DNA of 64,000 nucleotides from Arcobacteraceae bacterium (GCA_048268245.1 JBLWVX010000002.1:111683-175682); one strand, 5' to 3'; counted from the stretch's first letter, positions 20,502 to 31,749 are shown. Notes: generated by a model from the sequence alone, not told the origin. Numbers and translations: made by a program.

Positions 20502-22678
20502 TCTACATACTCCAAAATAATTTCAAATAATGCTCCATTTTCTATGTTGCTTGCTTGTAGTTTTCCATTCATTTTATCTTCAATTATCATTTTTGCCATA
20601 TAAAGCCCTATTCCATGTCCCTCTTTTTTAGTAGAAAAATAGGCTTTAAATACTCTCTTTAAAGCTGCTTTCTTAATTCCACCTGCATTATCTAAAATTT
20701 GTATTTTTAGGTTTTTATCTTCATTTAAAATATTAATTCTTATAAGTCTATCATCAAAATCTTTTTTTATCAACTCATCTTTTGCATTGTTTATTATATT
20801 TAAAATAGCTTGCATAAACTCATTTCTAAAACCTAGTACTTTTAAGTTTATATCTTTACTATAGTTAAATTCAAGCTTTATATAATTATATTTTATATTA
20901 TGATTTACAATTTTTAAAAGTTCATCAATTGCCAAACTTACATCAAAAACTGTTTTTTTATTTGAAGGAATCATAAAATTTTGAAAATCATTAATTGTTT
21001 TATTCATATATTCAACTTGTGTCATGATGTCTTTTACATAAGATTCATCTTCATTCTTTTGGGTTGAAGAAGAATAAAAACTCTCTTGAGCAATTGTAGT
21101 TATTTCAACAAGTGGAGATTTCCATTGATGGGCAATTGAAGAAAAAATTTCACCAATTTCAGCAAGTTTTGATTGCTGAATTATAAACTGCTGGTTTTTT
21201 TGTCTTTCAATTTCAGCTTTTTTCTCTTTTGTAATATCTGTAAGAATGGTAACTGTACCTGTTTTTTTAGTCTTACTATCACAATAAGTAGTTTGTTTAA
21301 TAAAATAAATTTTTTCATCAATACTTGTAACTTTTAATTTAAAAGAAGAGTGTTTCTTTGAGTTTTTTTGATACTTTAGTAAGGCTTTTTGAACTATTTT
21401 TACACTTTCATTATCATAAAATTCATCTAATCTCTTATTGTAAATATGACTTTTTTCAATATTTATAATATTACAAAACATCATATTTGAATCTAATATT
21501 CTTCCCTTTTCATCTTGCCAGAATATTGGACTTTCAATTGCATTTAGTAATACTTCATCAAAATCTATTCTTTGTCTTAATTTTTTTTGAGTATTAACTC
21601 TCATATAGATATTATGTATTAAAGCTAAAATTAAAAATATCAACAAAGGAAAAATTATAAAAACAAAATTTATAAAAACACGATGTTTATCAAAAAAAGT
21701 CAACCTTTTGTTTATAAGCTCATATTCTTCTTTTAACTGAGCTATTGCAATAGTAAATTCATTTAATTTTTTTGAGTCAAAAACATAAGAAAAGTCATCA
21801 AAAACTTCAACTCTTTTTATCTCTTTATTAGTTAGTATATCTAAAGCCATAAATCCAGATTGAGTACCAAATTTCTCTAAATCTACTATCTTTCCACCAA
21901 TTACTCCACTATATTTAAATACTGAATCTGTAATAAAAATAGGAACTTTAGAGTGATTTATAAATTTTGAGATTTCATAGTTTTTATTTAGCGTGCCATC
22001 ACTATTTTTGTAAAACCTTATAAATAAAACTGCACTATTATTTTCAGCCTTAGAAAATCTGTTTTTCAAACTATCTAGATTATCTTCTTTTAAATAAATA
22101 AGATTATATCTTCCCGTAAAATCTGAAAATAGCTCTTTTATCAAAGGCTCTGTATGTGTTGCATTTATACTTTTATCATTTATTATATATAGATTTTTGA
22201 TACTTGGAATAATACTTTCAACTAATTTTATATTAGCCTTTAAGTCTCTTTTTTCAAGTAAAGCCCAAACTTTTTTTTCTAGACCTTTTTTTATAAGTTT
22301 TTCTTGTAAAAAGTTTTCAATTCCAACTGTAAGAATTTTTGTTTTGCTAAATAGTTCACGATAAGAATCAACTATAAAATCATATGCAAATCTGTCTATT
22401 GTAATAACTAAATCATACTTTCTAGATTTTAACTGTACTTTATAGAGATCTTTTAAACTCTCACTATATTCTTTTGAAGTTATTCTTTTTGAGTCCATAT
22501 ATAAAACATTTATATCTAAATTAGTGTGTTTATAAAAAACTTTTTCAATTGATTTTACAATATCATCACTCCATTTATAGCCTTTATGGTAAGAACTTAT
22601 TATCAAGATATTTTTATTAATTGAATTTGAGAAAAGAAAAGTTGTGAAAATTAAAAGTAGAAATAGAGTTTTTTTCAT
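20498..22678 (-). CDS. Sensor histidine kinase with periplasmic binding-protein-like domain and PAS
   Basis: IAHQWKSPL H-box, NNAKD, DNAGGI, GHGIGL. Confidence 0.92.
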   Translation of the reverse strand: MKKTLFLLLIFTTFLFSNSINKNILIISSYHKGYKWSDDIVKSIEKVFYKHTNLDINVLYMDSKRITSKEYSESLKDLYKVQLKSRKYDLVITIDRFAYDFIVDSYRELFSKTKILTVGIENFLQEKLIKKGLEKKVWALLEKRDLKANIKLVESIIPSIKNLYIINDKSINATHTEPLIKELFSDFTGRYNLIYLKEDNLDSLKNRFSKAENNSAVLFIRFYKNSDGTLNKNYEISKFINHSKVPIFITDSVFKYSGVIGGKIVDLEKFGTQSGFMALDILTNKEIKRVEVFDDFSYVFDSKKLNEFTIAIAQLKEEYELINKRLTFFDKHRVFINFVFIIFPLLIFLILALIHNIYMRVNTQKKLRQRIDFDEVLLNAIESPIFWQDEKGRILDSNMMFCNIINIEKSHIYNKRLDEFYDNESVKIVQKALLKYQKNSKKHSSFKLKVTSIDEKIYFIKQTTYCDSKTKKTGTVTILTDITKEKKAEIERQKNQQFIIQQSKLAEIGEIFSSIAHQWKSPLVEITTIAQESFYSSSTQKNEDESYVKDIMTQVEYMNKTINDFQNFMIPSNKKTVFDVSLAIDELLKIVNHNIKYNYIKLEFNYSKDINLKVLGFRNEFMQAILNIINNAKDELIKKDFDDRLIRINILNEDKNLKIQILDNAGGIKKAALKRVFKAYFSTKKEGHGIGLYMAKMIIEDKMNGKLQASNIENGALFEIILEYVD

Positions 22679-22702
22679 AAACTTATTATAGTAAGTTTTA
22701 TA

Positions 22703-22730
22703 AAAATAGCACCTTTATTGGTGCTATTTT
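22703..22730 (-). terminator. Terminator after DASS transporter
   Basis: AAAATAGCACC/GGTGCTATTTT 11-bp perfect stem. Confidence 0.7.
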
Positions 22731-22732
22731 AT

Positions 22733-24145
22733 TTAAAGAATAATGAAGCATAAAAGAACTAATGAAGCCAAGAATATTGCTCCAAATATTGCTCCTAATT
22801 TCCACCATGTTGCTTGTGAAATATATCCAGCACCATACCAAATTGGTGAAGGCCCTGTAGCATATGGAGTAATAATTCCCATAAGTCCAAGTGAACCAAC
22901 TAATAATATCGCTAGTGAAGGTACCATTTCAGCAGGAATTAAATTCATACCAATTCCTAGAAAAAGTGGTAAAAGTGCAACTACATGAGCTGTAACACTT
23001 GCAAATAAATAATGGAATAAGAAGAATAATGATACAAGTATAATCACTATGTTTACAGGATCAACACCTGCTAACCAACTTGAGATTAAACCTGCTGCCC
23101 ATTTTAAATATCCAACTTTTTTAAGACCACTTGCCATTGCAACTAATGTTGCAAACCAAATAAATACATTGATTGCTGCTTTATTTGTAATCACATCTTC
23201 CCAGTCAATAACTTTAGTTAAAACAAGTAAACATAAAACTACTAAGGCTGCAACTGTTCCATTTATACCTATTGCTTTTCCAAAAATCCACATAACTAAA
23301 GCTAATATTCCAAGACCTAACATAATTAACTCTTTTTTAGTTATAGGTCCTATATTTTCAAGCTCTTTTGCTGCCCATGCTGGAGCTTCTGGTGAAGTTT
23401 TTTGTTCAGGTGGATACACTAAATATGTGATGTAAGGAACAAGTAAAAATAGTGGTACCATAATTAGTGCAAGAGTACTAAACCACTCTCCCCATGAGAT
23501 CAAAATACCTGTGTTTTTTTCAACTAATGATACTGCTAATAAATTTGGTGCTAAAGCTGTTAAGAACATAGAACTTGTAACACAAGTTGCTGCAATTGCC
23601 ACCCATGAAATGTATGCCCCTAGTTTTCTTGGTTCATTTTCAGGAGTAGAATTAAACATTTGTGGAATATTAATAGCTATTGGAAAAATAGTTCCTGCAC
23701 TTCTTGCTGTGTTTGATGGCATAAATGGTGATAATATACCATCTGCAAAAGCAATAGCATATCCTAAACCAAGTGATGTTTTACCTAAGGCTTTTACTAA
23801 AAGTAAAGCAATTCTTTTTCCAAGTCCTGATTTTTTGTACCCTAGTGCAAACATAAATGCTGCAAAAATTAACCAGATAACTCCATTTGAAAAACCACTT
23901 AAAGCCCAATCTCTATTGGCTTTAGCAGTTTCACCTACTAATCCAAAAGCGGCACTAAATGAAACCCCAATTAGACCTATTAAGGCTGCTGGAATTGGCT
24001 CTAAAATAAGTGCAACTATTACACCTAAAAATACTGCGAAGAAGTATTGTGCGTTAACACTTAAACCTTCTGGTGTTGGTATTATTGCAACAATAATTGC
24101 AACAATAATTGGTAATGCTATTTTAAAAGTCTGACTTTGAAGCAT
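22733..24145 (-). CDS. DASS family di/tricarboxylate transporter (CitT/TtdT-like)
   Basis: PSNTARS, TSSMFLTALAPN, FASVTAH, TPYATGPSP. Confidence 0.92.
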   Translation of the reverse strand: MLQSQTFKIALPIIVAIIVAIIPTPEGLSVNAQYFFAVFLGVIVALILEPIPAALIGLIGVSFSAAFGLVGETAKANRDWALSGFSNGVIWLIFAAFMFALGYKKSGLGKRIALLLVKALGKTSLGLGYAIAFADGILSPFMPSNTARSAGTIFPIAINIPQMFNSTPENEPRKLGAYISWVAIAATCVTSSMFLTALAPNLLAVSLVEKNTGILISWGEWFSTLALIMVPLFLLVPYITYLVYPPEQKTSPEAPAWAAKELENIGPITKKELIMLGLGILALVMWIFGKAIGINGTVAALVVLCLLVLTKVIDWEDVITNKAAINVFIWFATLVAMASGLKKVGYLKWAAGLISSWLAGVDPVNIVIILVSLFFLFHYLFASVTAHVVALLPLFLGIGMNLIPAEMVPSLAILLVGSLGLMGIITPYATGPSPIWYGAGYISQATWWKLGAIFGAIFLASLVLLCFIIL

Positions 24146-24190
24146 GACATCTCCTTTTTATTTCTTATATTGAAATATTAGAAAAGAAGA

Positions 24191-24208
24191 GTGACGTTAA
24201 TATGACAT
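24191..24208 (-). promoter_or_regulatory. OmpR/PhoB-type direct-repeat operator upstream of DASS gene
   Basis: Minus strand ATGTCATATTAACGTCAC, GTCA repeated at 11 bp, upstream of TAATAT (24175-24180). Confidence 0.5.
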
Positions 24209-24231
24209 TTTGATTTATTTAGTATAAAAAA

Positions 24232-24262
24232 TAAAAACTAAGAGAAATTCTCTTAGTTTTTT
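24232..24262 (-). terminator. Terminator after second thioredoxin
   Basis: AAAAACTAAGAGAA/TTCTCTTAGTTTTT inverted repeat. Confidence 0.65.
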
Positions 24263-24303
24263 AATAATTGTTAGTATTTATAAAAATTAAATATTTTATT
24301 TAA

Positions 24304-24621
24304 TTAAATTAATGAATTTAATTTATCAACAAATGCTTGTTTTGAAGCTGCACCAATCATAGTATCCACAACTTCTCCATCTTTCATAAAAATGATTGTA
24401 GGAATAGATCTTACACCAAATTTAACTGCTAAGTCTTGTTCTTCATCTGAATTAACTTTACAAATTTTAGCTTTTCCATCAAATTCTTGTGCTAATTCAT
24501 CAATTACAGGTGCAAGCATTCTACAAGGTCCGCACCATGGTGCCCAAAAGTCTACTAAAGCAATACCTTCTTTTGTTGTTTCATCAAAATTATCATTATT
24601 TAACTCTATATATTTACTCAT
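24304..24621 (-). CDS. trxA: Thioredoxin (paralogue 2)
   Basis: WCGPC; start moved to ATG 24621 (AAAGGA RBS), 105 aa. Confidence 0.95.
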   Translation of the reverse strand: MSKYIELNNDNFDETTKEGIALVDFWAPWCGPCRMLAPVIDELAQEFDGKAKICKVNSDEEQDLAVKFGVRSIPTIIFMKDGEVVDTMIGAASKQAFVDKLNSLI

Positions 24622-24754
24622 ATTTTTTCCTTTTTTGTTATATTGGAAAAATTTTATCATTTAATAAATAATATCTAGCTTAAAGTGGGCATAAAAAAAG
24701 ATAAGACTATAATGTCTTACCTTTCTTAATAATTGTTTGTATTTTTATTATGAA

Positions 24755-25072
24755 TTATAATAATGAGTTAATTTTGTCAGCAAATGCTTGTTTAGAAGAA
24801 GCTCCAACCATTTGATCAACTACTTCACCATCTTTCATGAAGATAATAGTAGGAATAGATCTAATTCCATATTTTACAGCTAAATCTTGCTCTTCATCAG
24901 TATTTACTTTACAAATGTTTGCTTTACCTTCAAACTCTTCAGCTAATTCTTCAATAACTGGAGCGATCATTCTACAAGGTCCACACCATGGAGCCCAGAA
25001 ATCTACTAGTGAAACACCACTTTTTGTAACTTCTTCAAAATTTGCAGGAGTTAATTCAATATATTTACCCAT
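24755..25072 (-). CDS. trxA: Thioredoxin (paralogue 1)
   Basis: WCGPC; 105 aa. Confidence 0.96.
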   Translation of the reverse strand: MGKYIELTPANFEEVTKSGVSLVDFWAPWCGPCRMIAPVIEELAEEFEGKANICKVNTDEEQDLAVKYGIRSIPTIIFMKDGEVVDQMVGASSKQAFADKINSLL

Positions 25073-25230
25073 TTTATTTCCTTATTATTAGTTTTAGTTC
25101 TCTTTATCAAAATATTTTATAAATAAAACTTATTAATTTTAGCCTAGCTTAACTTAAAATTTCTTTTATAATCTAGCCTAAATCTGTTTTTAGATAAAAT
25201 AACTCTATTTTAATTAAAATGGATAGTTTT

Positions 25231-27786
25231 ATGGATATAAGAAAAGAGTATTTAGAGTTTTTTAAAAATAAAGGTCACGAGGTAGTTTCATCTATGCCTT
25301 TAGTACCTGATGATCCAACATTGATGTTTACAAATGCTGGAATGGTACAATTTAAAGATATTTTTACAGGTGATGTTCCAACTCCTACTAACCCAACTGC
25401 TACATCTTGTCAGTTATGTGTTAGAGCAGGTGGTAAACATAATGACTTAGAAAATGTAGGTTATACGGCAAGACACCATACACTATTTGAAATGCTAGGA
25501 AATTTCTCATTTGGTGATTACTTCAAAGAAGAAGCAATTGCTTATGCTTGGGAATTTGTTACAAAAAACCTAGCACTACCAATAGACAAGTTATGGGTTA
25601 CTATTCATGAAAGTGATGATGAAGCATATGAATTATGGCAAAAACATATTGATGCTTCTAGAATCAAAAGATTTGGTGATAAAGATAACTTCTGGTCTAT
25701 GGGTGATACTGGGGCTTGTGGTCCTTGTTCTGAGATTTTCTATGATCAAGGTGAAGAACATTTTAATAGTGATGAAGATTATTTAGGTGGAGAAGGAGAT
25801 AGATTCTTAGAGATCTGGAACCTTGTATTTATGCAGTATGAAAGAGATACAAGTGGAAAATTAAATCCATTACCAAAACCTTCAATTGACACAGGTATGG
25901 GACTTGAGAGAGTTATTGCTATTAAAGAAGGTGTACTTAATAACTTTGATTCTTCAAACTTCCAACCAATTATAAAAAAGATTGAAGAACTTGCAATTAA
26001 TAAAATCAGTGATGAAAATATAGGTTCATATAGAGTAATTGCTGACCACTTAAGAGCAAACTCATTTATGCTATCTCAAGGTATTTTATTTGGGAATGAG
26101 GGAAGACCTTATGTAAATAGAAGAATCATGAGAAGAGCTGTAAGACATGGTTACTTACTTGGATTTAGAAAACCTTTCTTGGCTGATGTATATGATACTT
26201 TATGTGAAATGATGGGTCAACATTACAGTGACTTAATTGATCAAAAAGATTATATTAAAGAGCAATTAACTTTAGAAGAAGCTAGATTCTTTAAAACAAT
26301 TGAATCAGGTATGGCTTTATTTGAAGAAGAATTAAAAAATACAAAAGATGTATTCTCAGGAGAGATTGCATTTAAACTTTATGATGAAAAAGGTTTCCCA
26401 TTAGACTTAACAGAAGATATGTTAAGAGATAAAAACATCAAAGTTGATATTGAAAAGTTTGATGAATTAATGGCTGAACAAAAAGCAAAAGCAAAAGCTG
26501 CTTGGAAAGGTAGTGGAGATGCTGCTACTTCTGGTGATTTTAAAGCCTTACTTGAAAAATATGGTGAAAATGAGTTTGTAGGATATGATAATACAAACTA
26601 CAGAAGTAAAATACTTGCACTTTTAGATGAAAACTTCAAAGAAGTTGATACACTTAAAAAAGGTAAATCTGGATGGGTTATGTTAGATAAAACTCCATTC
26701 TATGCTACTTCTGGTGGACAAGCAGGTGATATTGGAGCACTTGAAGATAATGAGCATATAGCAATTATTGAAGATACGCAAAAATTCCATGGATTAAATC
26801 TTTCTAAAGTAAGAGTTGAAAATACTGATATAAATAAAGATGAAGAAGTTAAAGCTGTTGTAGTAAATAGATATGAAGTTGCAAAACATCATAGTGCTAC
26901 ACACCTTTTACAAAGTGCTTTAAAAATGGTTTTAGGTGATACAGTTGCGCAAGCTGGTTCTTTAAACGATTCTTCTAGATTAAGATTTGACTTTACATAT
27001 CCAAAAGCTATGACGCAAGAGCAAATTGAAGAAGTAGAAGATTTAGTAAACTCTATGATTTCAAGAGGAATTGTTGGAAATGTTGAAGAGTTAGCTATTG
27101 AAGATGCTAAGAAAAAAGGTGCTATTGCTATGTTTGGTGAAAAATATGGTGATGTAGTAAGAGTTGTTGAGTTTGGTGATGTTTCTGTTGAGTTCTGTGG
27201 TGGAACACACGTAAGAAATACACATGATATTGGTTCTTTCTATATTACAAAAGAATCAGGTGTAAGTGCTGGTGTTAGAAGAATTGAAGCTGTATGTGGA
27301 ATGTCTGCTATTTCATATGCAAAATCATTTATGAAAAAATACCAAGAAGTTCAAACTGAAGTTAAAAACCAAGATGCAATTACTGGTATCAAAAAATTAA
27401 AAGACCAAATCAAAGAGCTTAAAAAAGAAGTTGAAGAGGCTCAAAGTCAAAGTTCAGCTCCTATAGCAGAAGAGATGATTGGTGATGTTAAAGTTGTAGT
27501 TGATATTGTTAAAAATGGTGATATTAAAAAACTAATTGATGATATGAAAAATGCAAATGAAAAGTTAGCTGCACTACTTATTCAACCAAAAGGTGAAAAA
27601 GTTATGATTGTTGCAGGAAGCAAGGACACATCTATTAAAGCTGGTGATTGGATTAAAAATATTGCACCAATCGTTGGTGGTGGAGGTGGAGGAAGACCTG
27701 ACTTCGCTCAAGCTGGTGGAAAAGATGTATCAAAAATTGAAGATGCAAAAAAAGCTGCTTTAGAGTATGCAAAAGAAAACTTATAG
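25231..27786 (+). CDS. alaS: Alanine-tRNA ligase
   Basis: [34 protein letters not shown] editing site, GGGGGGRP. Confidence 0.98.
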   Translation: MDIRKEYLEFFKNKGHEVVSSMPLVPDDPTLMFTNAGMVQFKDIFTGDVPTPTNPTATSCQLCVRAGGKHNDLENVGYTARHHTLFEMLGNFSFGDYFKEEAIAYAWEFVTKNLALPIDKLWVTIHESDDEAYELWQKHIDASRIKRFGDKDNFWSMGDTGACGPCSEIFYDQGEEHFNSDEDYLGGEGDRFLEIWNLVFMQYERDTSGKLNPLPKPSIDTGMGLERVIAIKEGVLNNFDSSNFQPIIKKIEELAINKISDENIGSYRVIADHLRANSFMLSQGILFGNEGRPYVNRRIMRRAVRHGYLLGFRKPFLADVYDTLCEMMGQHYSDLIDQKDYIKEQLTLEEARFFKTIESGMALFEEELKNTKDVFSGEIAFKLYDEKGFPLDLTEDMLRDKNIKVDIEKFDELMAEQKAKAKAAWKGSGDAATSGDFKALLEKYGENEFVGYDNTNYRSKILALLDENFKEVDTLKKGKSGWVMLDKTPFYATSGGQAGDIGALEDNEHIAIIEDTQKFHGLNLSKVRVENTDINKDEEVKAVVVNRYEVAKHHSATHLLQSALKMVLGDTVAQAGSLNDSSRLRFDFTYPKAMTQEQIEEVEDLVNSMISRGIVGNVEELAIEDAKKKGAIAMFGEKYGDVVRVVEFGDVSVEFCGGTHVRNTHDIGSFYITKESGVSAGVRRIEAVCGMSAISYAKSFMKKYQEVQTEVKNQDAITGIKKLKDQIKELKKEVEEAQSQSSAPIAEEMIGDVKVVVDIVKNGDIKKLIDDMKNANEKLAALLIQPKGEKVMIVAGSKDTSIKAGDWIKNIAPIVGGGGGGRPDFAQAGGKDVSKIEDAKKAALEYAKENL

Positions 27787-27795
27787 GATTACAAA

Positions 27796-28275
27796 GTGAG
27801 TGAACTATTTGATAATTATTCATCAATTATAGTTTTTCTACATGTAATTTCTGCTGTGTTATGGGTAGGTGGAATGTTAGCAATTAGATTTGCCGTTCAC
27901 TACTCAATGCAAGATATTACAGACCCAAAAATAAAACTAGGAAGAACTTTAGAGAGTTTAAGAAGATTTTTTAATATGGTTATTCCAGCAATTATTTTAC
28001 TTTTATTAACTGCTATTATTATGATAATTGCCTTAGGTTTTAAAGGTACACCTTTATATAGTGTAGTAATTGCAAAAGAAGTGATATGGACTATAATGAC
28101 TTTAGTTTTTATTACTATTTATATAAAAAGAAACAAAGCCTCAAAGGCTTTTGAAAGTGGTAATTTACCTGCAGCAAAACAGCAGTTAGAACCAATAGCT
28201 AAATACTTTATTCCATTAAATATTATTCTAGGAATTATTGCTATATTTCTAGGAGTTACGTTAAGAGGGTTTTAA
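27796..28275 (+). CDS. Four-TM membrane protein (CopD/DUF4149-like)
   Basis: LHVISAVLWVGGM first helix; GTG start with AGGA RBS. Confidence 0.55.
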   Translation: MSELFDNYSSIIVFLHVISAVLWVGGMLAIRFAVHYSMQDITDPKIKLGRTLESLRRFFNMVIPAIILLLLTAIIMIIALGFKGTPLYSVVIAKEVIWTIMTLVFITIYIKRNKASKAFESGNLPAAKQQLEPIAKYFIPLNIILGIIAIFLGVTLRGF

Positions 28276-28280
28276 TCCTC

Positions 28281-28997
28281 TTAATCGTCTAAATAATATT
28301 CAACTGTTGAAACAACTCTAACTCTTTTTATATGTTGAGTGTTTTGATCCCTACTTGAAATAGAAAATTGTCCTTGTCTTGCTTTTTTAATTTTTCCCAA
28401 TTTACTATTTGAATCCTTAGCAAACTTCAAAGCAACTTCTCTAGCTTTTCTTGTAGCTTCTTCTATCATAATTGGTTTTACTTCATTTAAATTTGTAAAA
28501 AAGTATTGAGCTTTTGAATCATAATCATTTACTCTAAATAAAATACCTTTCTTGTTTAGAGTTGAGATATTTAAAATAGCACTTCTTACTAAATCAACAT
28601 TTTTAGAGTAAACATTAATTGTTTGATTTGCACTATATCTAAATCTCACATTTTCATTTGAGTAACTATTTGCTAACTTATCATTTATTGAAGGTGCTGG
28701 TATTGTCCATTCATCTTGCATAATACCATTATCTTTTAAGAAATCTATTATGACTTTTGTATTTGTATCAATTTGTTTATTCAAATCATTTAAATCATTA
28801 CTTGCAACTGTAAACTTTATCGGCCATAAAACTATGTTTGCATTAAACTCTTTTTGAGATAATCCCTTTACAGTTACACTTCTATCAAATTGTTTATAAG
28901 TTTTTACACCTTCTACTAAAAAGTAACCTAGTGAGCTTAAACCTAAAAAAATTGAAATACCTAAAATATAAATTGATTTACTACTTAAACTTGACAT
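28281..28997 (-). CDS. SIMPL domain protein
   Basis: RSVTVKGLS, LGKIKKARQGQFSI, VRVVSTVEY. Confidence 0.88.
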   Translation of the reverse strand: MSSLSSKSIYILGISIFLGLSSLGYFLVEGVKTYKQFDRSVTVKGLSQKEFNANIVLWPIKFTVASNDLNDLNKQIDTNTKVIIDFLKDNGIMQDEWTIPAPSINDKLANSYSNENVRFRYSANQTINVYSKNVDLVRSAILNISTLNKKGILFRVNDYDSKAQYFFTNLNEVKPIMIEEATRKAREVALKFAKDSNSKLGKIKKARQGQFSISSRDQNTQHIKRVRVVSTVEYYLDD

Positions 28998-29008
28998 ATT
29001 TAATCCTT

Positions 29009-30148
29009 TTAATCAAATAACTTTTTATTTTTGTAAACTAATACAAACATCAAAAATAGAATACAAATAAATGTATAAACCATAATATCCCATCCAAAAT
29101 GTTGATATATTATAGATGGTAAAAATGACCCCATTGCTCCACCAAAATAATAAAAAGTTAAATACATTCCTGATGTAAGTGATTTTTGTTCACTCTTCAT
29201 AGAATTGGCTAAACCCGTACTCATAGTATGAACTGTAAACATACCAATACAAAAAATAAACAACATTATAAATAGAAAAAGTACACTCTGACTAATTAGA
29301 AAGAAGTTTATTATTGTAAATATCCCTAAGCCAACTAAAATTGTATTTAACTCTGTTTTGAAAAACTTCACTATTTTTTTTGAAAGTAAAGAGACTAAAA
29401 TACCCATACCATAACCTAAGTATAAAAGACTTATTTCAAATTCATTAATTGAACTACTTATATCTTTTACTCTAAATGGCAACACATTTAATATTCCTGC
29501 GAATACAAAAAAGACACAGAACATTAACAAATAAACTAAAACAAATCTTTTATCTTTTAAGATATTACTTATATCACTTAGTTTTGGTTTTGATAAAGTT
29601 GCATCTCCTTCATACTTTAATTTTTTAACAAAAAATAGTGAAATAAAAATTGCTAAAGATAAAGAGTAAAAAACATACTCATAAGAGAAGGTTGTAGCAA
29701 TCGCTCCTGAGAAAATTCTTCCTATCATCCCTCCAAGAACTGTTGCTGCCACATAAATAGCCATATTGTATTTAATATTTTCCTTATCAATATTTGCCAA
29801 TATACTCATAAGAGCAGTTAATATAGCTGGTACAACTAAAGCCTCACAAAACCTAAAAAATAAAAAAGTTTCATAACTTGTACTTAAACCTAAAAAAATA
29901 TTTGTTATGAGTAAAATAGAAGAAGAGTATATTAACATCTTTTTCGCACAAACTTTTTCTAAAATATATCCATAAACAATTGGTGAAATTGCTAAAAAAA
30001 GCATTATTATTGCAGTAAACTGTGAAGCTTTTACAACTGATATTTCAAACTCTTTAGCAAGTAAAGGCTGAAGTGGTTGTGTTGCGTACATAACAGATAA
30101 AACAATTACAATACAATATATAACGATAAATAAATCTAACCTTTTCAT
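29009..30148 (-). CDS. MFS transporter (YnfM-like)
   Basis: MYATQPLQP, GGMIGR, SGMYLTFYYFGG; about 12 TM. Confidence 0.88.
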   Translation of the reverse strand: MKRLDLFIVIYCIVIVLSVMYATQPLQPLLAKEFEISVVKASQFTAIIMLFLAISPIVYGYILEKVCAKKMLIYSSSILLITNIFLGLSTSYETFLFFRFCEALVVPAILTALMSILANIDKENIKYNMAIYVAATVLGGMIGRIFSGAIATTFSYEYVFYSLSLAIFISLFFVKKLKYEGDATLSKPKLSDISNILKDKRFVLVYLLMFCVFFVFAGILNVLPFRVKDISSSINEFEISLLYLGYGMGILVSLLSKKIVKFFKTELNTILVGLGIFTIINFFLISQSVLFLFIMLFIFCIGMFTVHTMSTGLANSMKSEQKSLTSGMYLTFYYFGGAMGSFLPSIIYQHFGWDIMVYTFICILFLMFVLVYKNKKLFD

Positions 30149-30714
30149 TAAAATTCACTTTTTAAATATATTTTTTCAAAATAGTTTTCTACTATATTCA
30201 TTCTTACTAAACTTTTGAAATACTCTTTTTGAAATCTTTTTTTATTTATATTTTTATTTACATAAGAAATATCATACTTTTGTATTAATTCTTCATAATA
30301 TAATCCTTCATAATCTAAAATAAATAAATCTTCTTGAAACCCAAACTTATAAATTAAATCAATGTAATACTTATCATCAATTAAATAAGTTGTAAATTCA
30401 TAATTGTCATATTCATAGCTTTGAATCTTTTTCATACTTGTAATTTTAAAATGCTTCTTAAATTGATAAACAAAATATCCTCTTGGAAAACCGTTCCAAG
30501 TGCAAGAATTGTTTAAAGAAATATACTCAATGAATAGCTTTTTATATTTACTATCATTTATAGTTTTTATATATGAGTCTCTTGTACAAAAGCCAAGAGT
30601 TGAAAGCTCTTTTTGTGTCTTTAAATCTAAAGAATCAAAAGAGTTTTTATATTTAACAGGCATGCAAGCAGTAAAAAAAACAAGACTTATTAAACTAAAT
30701 AATATTAATCTCAT
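30148..30714 (-). CDS. Hypothetical lipoprotein
   Basis: Lipobox FTAC; AAGGA RBS. Confidence 0.65.
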   Translation of the reverse strand: MRLILFSLISLVFFTACMPVKYKNSFDSLDLKTQKELSTLGFCTRDSYIKTINDSKYKKLFIEYISLNNSCTWNGFPRGYFVYQFKKHFKITSMKKIQSYEYDNYEFTTYLIDDKYYIDLIYKFGFQEDLFILDYEGLYYEELIQKYDISYVNKNINKKRFQKEYFKSLVRMNIVENYFEKIYLKSEF

Positions 30715-30827
30715 TTTAAATCCTTATATTAAAAACAAATTATACCATTTTTAAGATAATTAATTGACATAGTATTATTATTCTAATAATATATCTTTAT
30801 TCATTGCCTATAGGAAAAATTTGAATC

Positions 30828-31343
30828 ATGATTAAGTCTATAATTTTTATTTCTCTATGTTTATTTTTTATAACTGGATGTTCATATAAAACCGGTTCAC
30901 AAGAATTTATAAGTAGCTATAAAGAGTTAGATAATCTTCCTTTTCCTAGTGCTTCACTTGAGCATACTCTACTTGAAACAAACAATCAACTAAAAAGATT
31001 TTATAATGAGTGGAGAGGGGTTAGATATAAATGGGGTGGAAATACTAAAAGAGGTATTGATTGTTCTGCTTTTGTTCAAAAGGCCTATAGAAATAGTTTT
31101 AATTTAAAACTTCCAAGAACTACAAAATATCAACATAAAGTTGGCAAATACATAAATAAAAGCTCTCTTAGACTAGGAGATTTAGTCTTTTTCAAAACAG
31201 GATGGGACTCAAGACATGTGGGTATTTATATAGACAATGGAAGATTTATGCATGCATCAATAAGTAAAGGGGTAATTATTTCTTCTTTAAATAATAGGTA
31301 TTATAAAAAGCACTATTGGAAAGCAAAAAGAGTTTTATTTTAA
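30828..31343 (+). CDS. NlpC/P60 peptidoglycan endopeptidase lipoprotein
   Basis: ITGC lipobox, GIDCSAF, GDLVFF, HVGIY, HAS. Confidence 0.93.
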   Translation: MIKSIIFISLCLFFITGCSYKTGSQEFISSYKELDNLPFPSASLEHTLLETNNQLKRFYNEWRGVRYKWGGNTKRGIDCSAFVQKAYRNSFNLKLPRTTKYQHKVGKYINKSSLRLGDLVFFKTGWDSRHVGIYIDNGRFMHASISKGVIISSLNNRYYKKHYWKAKRVLF

Positions 31344-31398
31344 ACACTAATAAAAAAAGGATAGGATGTAAGATTAATCTAATTTTAGAGGAGTACAT

Positions 31399-31747
31399 CT
31401 GATAAGAAACTTATCATTTTTTATTTTTATAACACTTTTTTTAGTGCATGTAATAGCACTAAAACACTTACATATAAAGAAACAACTAACGAAAATATAA
31501 ACAAACAAATACAAGCATTAAAACAGTTTGAACCAGAACCAAAAAAGAAATGAACCTTCTGCAAGCTAAACTTAAAGAAGAGATTCAAAAAGAAGAAATA
31601 CAAAATCAATTAAATAATGATGAAATCATCAAAAACTCTTTAATAGAGTTTTATGCTGAATGGAAAGGTGTAAAATTCACAAAACTAAATAAAGCTTTTT
31701 ATAAAAAGGCTTATTGGGCATCAAGAAGACTTATCAAAGATTTATAA
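31399..31747 (+). pseudogene. Degenerate NlpC/P60 lipoprotein paralogue
   Basis: GAGGAG RBS, CTG start, FSAC lipobox restored by +1 T in T7 (31436-31442), second frameshift in A6 (31541-31546); EFYAEWKGVK joined directly to FTKLNKAFYKKAYWASRR with the catalytic core missing. Confidence 0.7.
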
Positions 31748-31749
31748 TA

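Noticed and set aside
22743..24134. Antisense ORFs up to 207 aa, and similar shadow ORFs throughout the track
   Set aside because: Fully overlap well-supported genes on the opposite strand; codon-bias artefacts
31427..31609. 60-aa minus-strand ORF
   Set aside because: Shadow of the plus-strand NlpC/P60 pseudogene
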